Of a stretch of DNA of 42,969 nucleotides, positions 27,644 through 36,717 are shown piece after piece. The notes below the pieces were generated by a model that ran no database searches, was not told where the DNA came from, and was given only the letters and a program-made list of their open reading frames with translations. The stretch lies in the sequence record SRR22947727_2287, one strand, 5' to 3'. Position 1 is the first letter of the stretch; each line of letters opens with the position of its first letter. The position numbers and the translations under genes were made by a program.

Positions 27644-28792
27644 ATGAGTCTATACATAGCACATATATTAAACATCAATGCAGATTCTATTAATGTGTAT
27701 GAGCAAACCAATTCTAAAAGCTCTATGTTTAATATCTCCTCTCTAGCCGAATTAAATATACTCAATGAGTCTGACAGTCTTTTAGTCTTAATTCCGTCAT
27801 CAACAGTAACCTCTTATGAGTTTGAAGAAAATAAATCGCTATCAAAACAAATAAATATTGCTAATTTTATCTCTGAGGTTGATTCGTCTTTTGCTGACCC
27901 GGTTTCTAATAATGATTACTTTCTTCATAATAATGCCGCATATGTTGTAGATAAATTTTTCTTAAAAAACTTAAATACATCCTTGAGTGAATTAAATACA
28001 AAGATCTATGTTTTACCTGAGTATTTAATAAATGTAGTTGAAGGAAATGATGTAATAACAGAGTTTGAAGGCAGATTTATGATTTCTTATTCAAATAAAA
28101 CTGGTTTTGCATTGGATCACAATTCCCTAAGCCAATACATAGAAATTGTATTAAATAAAAATCCAAATTTTAATCCACTAATTTTTAGCACAAATAAGGA
28201 TCTTTTAAATAGGTTTGGTGAAAAAGTTATAAATAAATCATTTGATATAAGTAGTATTGATCTTTTAGATATTAATAACCTGCCAAATTTTTTTAAATTA
28301 CAAATTTCTTTAAGTTTATTTAGTAAAAAGATGAATTTATCAAAAATACAAATCGCAATAAGTCTTCTAGCTTTATTTATTGTTATGGCAGGGCCAAAGT
28401 ATTTAATTTATGAAAATAATACTAATGCAAAGATTTATTCATCTTCAACTTTTACTATATTTAAAGCTATAGATAAAGACGTAAATAGAGTGATTGCTCC
28501 TAAATCGCAAATAGATCAAATATTAGAACAATTACCTGAATCACATTTTTCTTCTGTGGAATTACCTAATTTAGATATATTTTTAAAATATGGAGCTAAT
28601 TATATTTCAGACATTTCTATTGATGTTAATACTTCTGTTATATCAATAAAAATAAATTCTATGCCAGATTTCCAATTTAATATTTTAAAAAATAATGCAG
28701 AAAGATTTAATATCAACATAATAAATGATGACCTTAATTCAATTGATGGCTTTAAAAATGGCATCCTCAAGGTTGGGTATAGAAATGAATAG
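27644..28792 (+). CDS. gspL: Type II secretion protein L (divergent)
   Basis: Position after gspK, large N-terminal cytoplasmic domain, single TM near residue 240, and LLVLIPS and VLPEYL patterns. Confidence 0.65.
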   Translation: MSLYIAHILNINADSINVYEQTNSKSSMFNISSLAELNILNESDSLLVLIPSSTVTSYEFEENKSLSKQINIANFISEVDSSFADPVSNNDYFLHNNAAYVVDKFFLKNLNTSLSELNTKIYVLPEYLINVVEGNDVITEFEGRFMISYSNKTGFALDHNSLSQYIEIVLNKNPNFNPLIFSTNKDLLNRFGEKVINKSFDISSIDLLDINNLPNFFKLQISLSLFSKKMNLSKIQIAISLLALFIVMAGPKYLIYENNTNAKIYSSSTFTIFKAIDKDVNRVIAPKSQIDQILEQLPESHFSSVELPNLDIFLKYGANYISDISIDVNTSVISIKINSMPDFQFNILKNNAERFNINIINDDLNSIDGFKNGILKVGYRNE

Positions 28793-29234
28793 CTTCTTAA
28801 ACGATCTTCAAGTCAGAGAAAAAAAATTATTACTTGGAGCTTTAGTCTTAATTTTTTTATTTGTAGTTTTTGTTTATATTAATTCTGTATATGACGAATA
28901 CTTAATATCTAAAAAAAATCTAAGTAAAGCAAAAAGTGATTATGAATATGTATACAAGAAGGTATCAACATTAAAATTATATCTAGATAGAGCTGTTCTT
29001 AACGAATCTAATATTAATTTAATGATCACCGCTAATGACTTAGCTGGCCTAATCTCTGATCTTAGTATTGATAAAACAGATGAATCAGTTTCAGTGGTAT
29101 TTCAAGCAAAGGATGCGACTAGTGCAATCAATTTATCTGAAAATATTATAAACAAAACAGAATTACAGATAAATAAAATAAATTATAAAAACTTTAATGA
29201 TAGTATTGGCGTAATTCTTGAATTTAATTTCTAG
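28785..29234 (+). CDS. gspM: Type II secretion protein M (divergent)
   Basis: LQVREKKLL followed by a TM helix and a coiled segment is typical of GspM. ATG 28785, overlapping the gspL end, is preferred over 28725. Confidence 0.7.
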   Translation: MNSFLNDLQVREKKLLLGALVLIFLFVVFVYINSVYDEYLISKKNLSKAKSDYEYVYKKVSTLKLYLDRAVLNESNINLMITANDLAGLISDLSIDKTDESVSVVFQAKDATSAINLSENIINKTELQINKINYKNFNDSIGVILEFNF

Positions 29235-30087
29235 ATATTGAAATTTTCTTTGAATACAATTCATGAAACGTTTTTACTGCAATAGAGTCTGAGACACCCC
29301 ACTTAGTTGATTTAATTTCTTGAACTTTTAGAATTTTAATTATTTCTATATATATTTGTAGGGCAAAATCTATTACATCAGCTCTATCTTTTTGAAGCCT
29401 ATAAGCAGAGATTTTTGAACCAACATCTAACTTATTAAGGTTTATAACCTCTCTAATAAAATTTTTTGATTTCATTTTTTTAACACTATTGATGTTTAAA
29501 AATGAACGAATATTCCCACCTAATCCAACTAGAGTTGTAATCTCAGATTGTTTACTTAGCCATTTTTTAAATCTTAACCATTCTGCAGGATCATCTTTGC
29601 ATAACATGCCTCTAACCGCACCTAACTGAAAGGATTGGATAATATGTTTATTATTCTGATATATATAAATTTCAGTACTGCCTCCACCAACATCAACATA
29701 TACTTTACTAGTTCTAGACTGTGCCTTTGGATGAAATCTGATTAATTTTGCCTCTTCAAGGCCAGAAATAATTCTTATAGGATGTTCTATTTTATTCTCA
29801 ACATATCTTCTAGCTTCTTCTGAGTTTTGAGTGTCTCTAAATGCACTAGTTGCGACTATCTCATACATAGATATTTTATTTTTAATAAAGTTTTTTTGAT
29901 ATTTTCTTAAGGTTTCTACAAGAAGATCTAATTTATCTTTTGCTAATAATCCATTAGTAAATACATCAGCTCCTAATCTTATAGGTGATCTAATTCCTTC
30001 AATAAACTCTATAGAAGTTGGCGTAGTTTTAAATATCTTTGATTTAACCGCATTTGTACCAATGTCAATTGAAGCAATTTTCATCAT
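29224..30087 (-). CDS. ppx: Ppx/GppA-family exopolyphosphatase (short form)
   Basis: IDIGTNAVK, ATSAFRD, ISGLEEA, DVGGGSTE, LGAVR and DRADVI motifs. No C-terminal HD domain. Confidence 0.9.
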   Translation of the reverse strand: MMKIASIDIGTNAVKSKIFKTTPTSIEFIEGIRSPIRLGADVFTNGLLAKDKLDLLVETLRKYQKNFIKNKISMYEIVATSAFRDTQNSEEARRYVENKIEHPIRIISGLEEAKLIRFHPKAQSRTSKVYVDVGGGSTEIYIYQNNKHIIQSFQLGAVRGMLCKDDPAEWLRFKKWLSKQSEITTLVGLGGNIRSFLNINSVKKMKSKNFIREVINLNKLDVGSKISAYRLQKDRADVIDFALQIYIEIIKILKVQEIKSTKWGVSDSIAVKTFHELYSKKISISRN

Positions 30088-30923
30088 GTATCATCACTAT
30101 ATTTTGTAATTATCATAAACTGCTCATAAGTAAGATTATCAAACTTAACACCTTCAATTGAAGCGCTATAATTAGATAGGCCCTTTGAGTATTTCGCTGG
30201 TTTTAATATTTTTTTATTTTCATATTCAGTTTTAATTAAAAGATATCTTAAGGAAGTTAATCTGCTAATCATTTTATTATTAGAATTTATTGAAACCCAT
30301 GGAGATTCTTCAGTTGCTGTTTTATTGAACATTTGTTGTTTGTATAAAGTAAATGCATCCCATTTAGTAACAATTTTTTCATCATTTTTTGAAAGTTTCC
30401 AATACTTTAATTGAGAGTTTTTTCTTGCATTCATTCTTCTCTCTTGTTGATCCTTTGATAATGAAAAATAAAATTTGGTGAGTTCAGTACCATTTTTAAT
30501 AAGTTTTGATTCCCACTCATTCACTCTTTTCATAAAAGATCTGTACTGACGTTCATTGCAATATCCCATAATAGGTTCTGTTACTGCTCTTGTGTACCAC
30601 GATCTGTCAAGAAAAGAGATTTCACCCTTTTCAGGTAAAACCTTTTCCCATCTTTGAAACCAATGAGATGACTCCCATTTAGATGGAATGCCTAGTTGAA
30701 CATAGTTAAAATTATTTGGTCTTAAATACTCAGAAAAAAATTTAATTGCTGAACTTTTTCCTGCAGTATCTCTTCCCTCAAAGACTATACAAATTTTTCT
30801 ATCATTTTTTATAACATCTTCTTGAAGCTTTAGAAGTTCAATCTGCAAACGTCTTTTTTCCAATGCATAAGCCTTTGTATCAAGTTTTTTATATTCAGCT
30901 TGGTCTAAGTTTATTAAGGTCAT
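30084..30923 (-). CDS. ppk2: Polyphosphate kinase 2
   Basis: FEGRDTAGKS, DRSWY.RA..E.IMGYC, KYWKLS and SPW motifs. Confidence 0.95.
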   Translation of the reverse strand: MTLINLDQAEYKKLDTKAYALEKRRLQIELLKLQEDVIKNDRKICIVFEGRDTAGKSSAIKFFSEYLRPNNFNYVQLGIPSKWESSHWFQRWEKVLPEKGEISFLDRSWYTRAVTEPIMGYCNERQYRSFMKRVNEWESKLIKNGTELTKFYFSLSKDQQERRMNARKNSQLKYWKLSKNDEKIVTKWDAFTLYKQQMFNKTATEESPWVSINSNNKMISRLTSLRYLLIKTEYENKKILKPAKYSKGLSNYSASIEGVKFDNLTYEQFMIITKYSDDT

Positions 30924-31052
30924 AAATTTTTATGTAAGAGTTTCTTGTTCTAAATAAGTATTACACTTAAAATTGAAATACTTTCAATAATGTAACATCA
31001 AGGATTCAAGAACTTATTATACTTGCCGTTGCTTTAATTTAAATTAATATTT

Positions 31053-32300
31053 ATGGAAAATTTATTTTTAGATCCAACATTAATCATCATATTAGCTGGG
31101 CTAATTGGTTTTTTTATGGCATTTGGGATAGGTGCAAACGACGTTGCTAACGCTATGGGAACTTCTGTTGGAAGCAAAGCAATCACTCTCAAGCAAGCAG
31201 TAATTATTGCTGCTATATTTGAATTTTTAGGGGCATATTTTGCTGGCGGTGAGGTTACTTCTACTATCAGAAAGGGCATTGTTGATCCTTCTATTTATAG
31301 TAATGATGTAAATATATTTATTATTGGCATGCTTTCTTCACTTTTAGCAGCGGGTTTATGGCTTCTTATAGCAAGCTCAAAAGGGTGGCCTGTATCGACT
31401 ACACACTCAATAGTTGGAGCAATAGTTGGGTTTGTGTTGATTTCTAAGGGCGCGTCAAATGTTTCTTGGGGTACTGTTGGGGGCATAGCTTCTAGCTGGA
31501 TAACATCTCCACTAGTATCGGGCTTAATGGCATTTTTGTTATATTTATCAGCCAAGCATCTGATTCTCGATAGAAATAATCCAACTAAAGCAGCGGTTTC
31601 GGTGATTCCTTTTTATAGTTTTTTTGTTACTGCGGTTATATGCCTCGTAACTGCAAGAAAGGGCTTAAAGCATGTAGGTATTAATTGGACTGATAACGAG
31701 ATTTATTTATTTACATTTGTTTTGAGTCTTTTAGTTTCAGTTTTTACTTTTCTATTTTTGTTACATAAGTCTAGTAAATTGTCTTCAAATGTTGAGAATC
31801 AATTCGGAATTTTAATGATTATCACCGCATGTGCTATGGCTTTTGCTCATGGATCTAACGATGTTGCAAATGCTATTGGTCCAATTGCAGCAGTTGTTTC
31901 TATTGTTACTTCAGATGGAACAATACAAACTTCTTCAGAGCTGAATTCATGGGTCCTTTTATTAGGGGCTGTTGGTATAGTTTTTGGTTTGGCTATATTA
32001 GGTAGGCATGTTATCAAAACTGTTGGAGAAAAAATTACAACTCTAACTCCTAGCCTTGGTTTTTCTGCAAATATGGCTACAGCTTCAACAGTTCTAGCTG
32101 CATCATATCTTGGCTTCCCAATCTCAACAACACACACACTGGTCGGAGGTGTAATAGGGGTCGGTCTAGCAAGAGGCTATAAATACTTAGATTTAAATTC
32201 TATTAAACGCATTTTCTTATCTTGGATTATTACAATACCTGTTGGTGCTTCATTTACAATATTATTCTATATAATCTTAAGATTAATTTTTAATGTTTAA
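31053..32300 (+). CDS. pit: PiT-family inorganic phosphate transporter
   Basis: GIGANDVANAMG, PVSTTHSIVG, HGSNDVANAIGP and PISTTHTLVG signatures. Confidence 0.95.
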   Translation: MENLFLDPTLIIILAGLIGFFMAFGIGANDVANAMGTSVGSKAITLKQAVIIAAIFEFLGAYFAGGEVTSTIRKGIVDPSIYSNDVNIFIIGMLSSLLAAGLWLLIASSKGWPVSTTHSIVGAIVGFVLISKGASNVSWGTVGGIASSWITSPLVSGLMAFLLYLSAKHLILDRNNPTKAAVSVIPFYSFFVTAVICLVTARKGLKHVGINWTDNEIYLFTFVLSLLVSVFTFLFLLHKSSKLSSNVENQFGILMIITACAMAFAHGSNDVANAIGPIAAVVSIVTSDGTIQTSSELNSWVLLLGAVGIVFGLAILGRHVIKTVGEKITTLTPSLGFSANMATASTVLAASYLGFPISTTHTLVGGVIGVGLARGYKYLDLNSIKRIFLSWIITIPVGASFTILFYIILRLIFNV

Positions 32301-32303
32301 TTG

Positions 32304-32900
32304 TTAGGAATTTTGATTAACCCAGCTTAGTAAATAAGCATACCCAGCTCTATGAGCTTCAATTTTTCCAACTTCATTTATAGATATGCTTTCTTTAATA
32401 TTTAAAGCAAAAATTGAAATTATTATTTGTGTAAATACTCTATAGACACCATCTTTATTAAACATATCAGGCAGATCTATATTCCTATCAATATAAGACT
32501 GTATTGTACTTGAAAGCTCATTAAATACTTCAGTCTCAATAGAATTACCAAATTCATTTGATAAAATAATCTTTTGTAATTTTATATTGTCATTAAAATA
32601 GTCATACAAAACACTTACACACTTCGAAACAATGACAGATAAATTATCTGTATTAATATTCTCCGCATTTAATTTAAACTGTTTGATGCATTCTTTAATA
32701 TAGATATTAGACATCTCTTGTTTTACTGAATGTGGTGTAGGAAAAAACTTATATGTTGATGTTCTTTTAAGACCAGATACTTCTGAAATGCGTGCAATCG
32801 TTATATTTTCTATCCCTTCTTCTAAAAGTATTTTTTCAGCAGTTTCTATAATAGTTTGAATTCTTAGTTTACTTCTATTTTGTTTGGGAGCATTGTGCAT
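32304..32900 (-). CDS. TetR/AcrR-family transcriptional regulator
   Basis: PKQNRS...IIETAEKILLEEG...TIARISEVSGL....YKFF helix-turn-helix. Confidence 0.88.
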   Translation of the reverse strand: MHNAPKQNRSKLRIQTIIETAEKILLEEGIENITIARISEVSGLKRTSTYKFFPTPHSVKQEMSNIYIKECIKQFKLNAENINTDNLSVIVSKCVSVLYDYFNDNIKLQKIILSNEFGNSIETEVFNELSSTIQSYIDRNIDLPDMFNKDGVYRVFTQIIISIFALNIKESISINEVGKIEAHRAGYAYLLSWVNQNS

Positions 32901-32912
32901 ATTTCAATTATC

Positions 32913-32976
32913 GACATTTGTCATATAAAAGTAAATCTTTAAAAACATAAATAAAATAATGTTTCACAAATGTTAC
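32913..32976. promoter_or_regulatory. Candidate operator sites in the tetR/TonB receptor divergent spacer
   Basis: GACA-TT-TGTC palindrome (32913-32922) overlaps TTGTCAT-ATAA-AAGTAAA (32918-32935, a weak Pho-box fit). Further TTTCAC and TGTTAC hexamers at 32962 and 32971. Confidence 0.3.
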
Positions 32977-33049
32977 AAACATTTGCAATAACTTAATCAA
33001 AAAATTTAATACTAGTGTTATTTTATGCCAAATTTATTAACTCTATAGG

Positions 33050-35590
33050 ATGAATAAAATGATTAATCGTGTATTTTCAATATTTCTAGTATTGCCAATG
33101 TCAATCTTATTAGTTTCACAAGAAAACAGTGATGCAGTTGAAGAAGTAGTTACTGTTGGAACTAAAGCTAGCATTATTTCTGCAATTGACAAACAAAGAG
33201 AGTCAAACTTAATAGTTTCAGTTGTAGACTCTGATGCTTTGGGTGATTTTCCTGATACAACTGCTGCTGAAGCAATTAGAAGATTATCTGGTATAACTGT
33301 TGAAAATGATCAGGGCGAGGGCAGATATGTAAGTATAAGAGGTCTATCTGGAGATCTTAATGCTATTGCTGTTAATGGAGCTATGGTTCCTGCTCCAGAG
33401 GGTGGAAGAAAAGTTATGCTAGATGGAATCCCAACAGAATTACTAGATTCAATCGAAGTTTATAAATCCCTAACTGCTGATAAAGATGCTGACTCAATCG
33501 GCGGTAGAATTGAATTCAAAACAAAAAAAGCAAGGTCATTAAATGGCACATTATTTAAAATTAAATTAGATAGTTCCTACAATGACCAGTCTAAAAATTC
33601 AAATAACCCAAAACTTGCAATGACTTATGGTGACATGATTACAGATAATCTTGGCCATATTCTTGGTGTTACGTATGCAAGCAAGCAAATTATTTCATAC
33701 AACAATGAGACTGGTTTTCCTGGATGGACAGATACTGAAAATGGTAAAAGACTAGATGATGATTGGGAGATGAGATATTACGATCTAACTCGTGATAGAA
33801 CAGGCATCACTTATGATTTAGATTATGTAATTAATGATGAAACTTCTATCTTTGCAAATTTTTTATATAACCATTACGAGGATGATGAATTAAGAAATAA
33901 AGATGAATATGGCAGCCTCAAACATGGAGATGTTTTTTCTGATAGAAGTGAAATCAATAGAATTAGAAGAGATGCTGAGGTTAGACGAAGAATAGAAACT
34001 AGAGATATTCACACTGCAGTTATAGGTGCTGAAACAATGTTAAATGGTTGGTTTACAGAAATACAGTTTAGCCACTCATATGCAGAAGAAGATGATACGA
34101 ATAATATAGACGTAAAATTCAGAAGCAGTAGATATGATGATGATGATTGTGGCGGACCATGTGGTTATTTCTTTTACTCTGATCCAAAGAAAGTTGGCTT
34201 AACTTTTGATTCTTCAGTTGCGCCAATCTGGGAAACCTCTATGACCGTAGATGCCTGGGAAGAAGATTGGTCTTTAATTCAAGATACAGACAAAGCATTC
34301 AAAATAGATATGTCTAAAGATGGCTTTACTTTTATGAATTTGCCAACAACAGTTAAATACGGATTTAAATATAGTCAGCGCACAAAAGAAAGAGATAGAA
34401 ATGCGATAGAAATCGAAAGTGGACCTGCAACTGATTTGCAACAGTCACAATTTAACCCTACACAAAGATATTGGCCATTTGCTGGACAATCCATGGGACC
34501 AATGGCAGATCCTTCACTTTTATGGCCTCTAAAAGGTACATTCGGTGGACCTGACTATTCTAATGTAGAACAAGACTACACTTCAGATGAAGATATTGCA
34601 GCAATGTATTTAATGGGTACCATGGAATCTGATAACGCAGTAGTAATTATAGGTTTAAGAGTTGAGGATACATCTTATTCAACAAGAGGCTATAACAATG
34701 GAGATATAAACGACGTTATTACAGCATCAAAAGATTATACTTTTGTTTCACCAAGTATTAATGTTAAATATTTTGTTGATGACCAAGTTGTTATTAGAGG
34801 AGCCCTCTGGAGAGCTCTTTCAAGACCAGGGTTTGGTCAAGCTTCAACTGTAGCAGAAATTCAAAATGAAAATGATGGCACTTTTACTGGTAAAATGGGT
34901 AATCCTGATCTAGAACCATATGAAGCAAATAATTTTGACTTGTCGCTTGAGAGGTATGGTGACAGCGGATCATATTCAATCGGTTATTTTAAAAAGGATA
35001 TAGATAATGCTATTTATCCATTAGTTACAGCGGGAACTATAAATGGAATTCTTTTCAGTGAATTAGAAACATATGTAAATACAGGACCATCTGATGTATC
35101 TGGTATTGAAATGAATTTATTTCAGGAATTAAATTTTTTACCTGAGCCATTTAACGGTCTTTTTGTATCATTAAATTTAACACGTACAGATGGTGAAAGT
35201 TCATTAGAGGTTGATAATGGGATAGTTAAATTCCCATTTAGAAAACTTTCTGATAAAAATTCAAACTTTTCAATTGGATATGATAAAGGTAAGTTTGATA
35301 TTAGACTTTCTGCAGTATCAAGAACTCCATATCTAGATTATTTAGCAGATGAAGATGCTCCAGGCAATGTTCAAGAAGAACTATCACTCGATAATATAAG
35401 ATATACAGATGATCATACCCAATATGACTTTAATCTAAAATATAAGGTTAACAAAAATGTTAGCATTAAATTTGATATAAGTAATATAACTGATGAGCCA
35501 GAATTCTATTACTGGGGTTCAAGTGACAGATTGTCTCAATACGATGTTTATGGAACCACCTATTCATTTGGTATTAGGTATAATCTATAA
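33050..35590 (+). CDS. TonB-dependent receptor (phytase-linked)
   Basis: VEEVVTVG TonB box, GDFPD..AAEAIRRLSG, DQGEGRYVSIRGL, GNPDLEPYEA.NFDLS, NITDEP and C-terminal GIRYNL. The true start may be ATG 33059. Confidence 0.93.
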   Translation: MNKMINRVFSIFLVLPMSILLVSQENSDAVEEVVTVGTKASIISAIDKQRESNLIVSVVDSDALGDFPDTTAAEAIRRLSGITVENDQGEGRYVSIRGLSGDLNAIAVNGAMVPAPEGGRKVMLDGIPTELLDSIEVYKSLTADKDADSIGGRIEFKTKKARSLNGTLFKIKLDSSYNDQSKNSNNPKLAMTYGDMITDNLGHILGVTYASKQIISYNNETGFPGWTDTENGKRLDDDWEMRYYDLTRDRTGITYDLDYVINDETSIFANFLYNHYEDDELRNKDEYGSLKHGDVFSDRSEINRIRRDAEVRRRIETRDIHTAVIGAETMLNGWFTEIQFSHSYAEEDDTNNIDVKFRSSRYDDDDCGGPCGYFFYSDPKKVGLTFDSSVAPIWETSMTVDAWEEDWSLIQDTDKAFKIDMSKDGFTFMNLPTTVKYGFKYSQRTKERDRNAIEIESGPATDLQQSQFNPTQRYWPFAGQSMGPMADPSLLWPLKGTFGGPDYSNVEQDYTSDEDIAAMYLMGTMESDNAVVIIGLRVEDTSYSTRGYNNGDINDVITASKDYTFVSPSINVKYFVDDQVVIRGALWRALSRPGFGQASTVAEIQNENDGTFTGKMGNPDLEPYEANNFDLSLERYGDSGSYSIGYFKKDIDNAIYPLVTAGTINGILFSELETYVNTGPSDVSGIEMNLFQELNFLPEPFNGLFVSLNLTRTDGESSLEVDNGIVKFPFRKLSDKNSNFSIGYDKGKFDIRLSAVSRTPYLDYLADEDAPGNVQEELSLDNIRYTDDHTQYDFNLKYKVNKNVSIKFDISNITDEPEFYYWGSSDRLSQYDVYGTTYSFGIRYNL

Positions 35591-35607
35591 TTTTTTAATA
35601 CAATTAC

Positions 35608-35630
35608 AAAGGCAGGTTTTTCCTGCCTTT
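35608..35630 (+). terminator. Stem-loop between the TonB receptor and phytase
   Basis: AAAGGCAGG-TTTTT-CCTGCCTTT perfect 9-bp hairpin. Confidence 0.65.
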
Positions 35631-35646
35631 ATAAATGGGATAATTT

Positions 35647-36717
35647 ATGAAATATTTTTTTAGCTTTATGGTAATCTTCTCAGTGAGTACTTTTGCAGAC
35701 CCGTTAGATAAGGTTGTTCAAATAATTAAAGCAGATGATGAAACGCCTCAAGTTATTTCAAAGGGAGATGCAGCTGATGATCCTGCTATTTGGTTTAATT
35801 CAATAACTCCATCAAAATCAATTATTTTTGGTACTGATAAAAGAAGCGGAGTATATTCATACAATTTAAAAGCACAAAAGATTGGCTATACTCAACTGGG
35901 AGATATTAATAACATTGACCTAAGATCTATAGATTTAGGCATGAATGGATCTTATTCTTTTATATTTGCATCAAACAGAACGATAGGCTCACTTGATTTA
36001 TGGATTTATGAAGATAAAGCTTTAGACCTCCTATCAAAATCAAATAATTTTAGCCTAAATTCGTCTCCATCCTTTCAAGGCATATCAAATATGGTAGTTT
36101 ATGGAGTTTGCGCTGGATATGATTCTGAGTATGGAATAATTGCCTTTATTACTGAAGATGAAGGCCCTAAGGTTGAAATGTGGTCATACAATGAAGATGG
36201 ATTATATCTCTTACATACATTTAATAATGCTAACGCTACACAATCTGAAGGCTGTGTTTATGATGATGTAAATAGAACTTTATTTATTTCTGAAGAACAA
36301 GACAGAGGTGTTTTAAGAGCATACAAAATAAACTCACAATTAGATTTTAGCAATCCAATTATTATTGATGATAGATCTGGAAATATTGATGGCGACCCAG
36401 AAGGTGTGACTTTATATAAAACATCAGATACAGATGGTTATATTATTCTCTCATCCCAGGGTGACAATTCATTTAATGTATATAATAGACAAAGTCCTTA
36501 TGACTATTTAGGAAGTTTTAAAATAGGTCACTCATCTAAAATTGATAATGTTAATGATACTGATGGTGTGGATGTTATTCATAACAATCTTGGCTATAGG
36601 TACCCAAATGGCTTGCTAGTAGTCCAAGATGGAACAAATGACGGTAAGAAAATAGTTAAAAGACAGAATTTTAAATTTATATCTTTTAAGAAGGTTATTG
36701 ATTCATTAAATCTTTAG
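35647..36717 (+). CDS. phy: Beta-propeller phytase (3-phytase)
   Basis: Signal peptide, DAADDPAIW, GTDK, NNIDLR, EGCVYDD, DPEGVTLY, SSQGDNSF, DTDG, VVQDG and QNFK motifs. Confidence 0.93.
   Translation: MKYFFSFMVIFSVSTFADPLDKVVQIIKADDETPQVISKGDAADDPAIWFNSITPSKSIIFGTDKRSGVYSYNLKAQKIGYTQLGDINNIDLRSIDLGMNGSYSFIFASNRTIGSLDLWIYEDKALDLLSKSNNFSLNSSPSFQGISNMVVYGVCAGYDSEYGIIAFITEDEGPKVEMWSYNEDGLYLLHTFNNANATQSEGCVYDDVNRTLFISEEQDRGVLRAYKINSQLDFSNPIIIDDRSGNIDGDPEGVTLYKTSDTDGYIILSSQGDNSFNVYNRQSPYDYLGSFKIGHSSKIDNVNDTDGVDVIHNNLGYRYPNGLLVVQDGTNDGKKIVKRQNFKFISFKKVIDSLNL

Noticed and set aside
19883-29234. Type IV pilus or competence operon
   Set aside because: Gene order C-D-E-F-G-H-I-J-K-L-M, the GspG C-terminal motif and the GspK features indicate T2SS; no pilT or pilMNOP.
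30924-31052. Pho box in the ppk2/pit spacer
   Set aside because: Only isolated half-sites (TGTAAC at 30991 and a reverse TGTAAT near 30960) with no partner at 11-bp spacing; too weak in AT-rich DNA.
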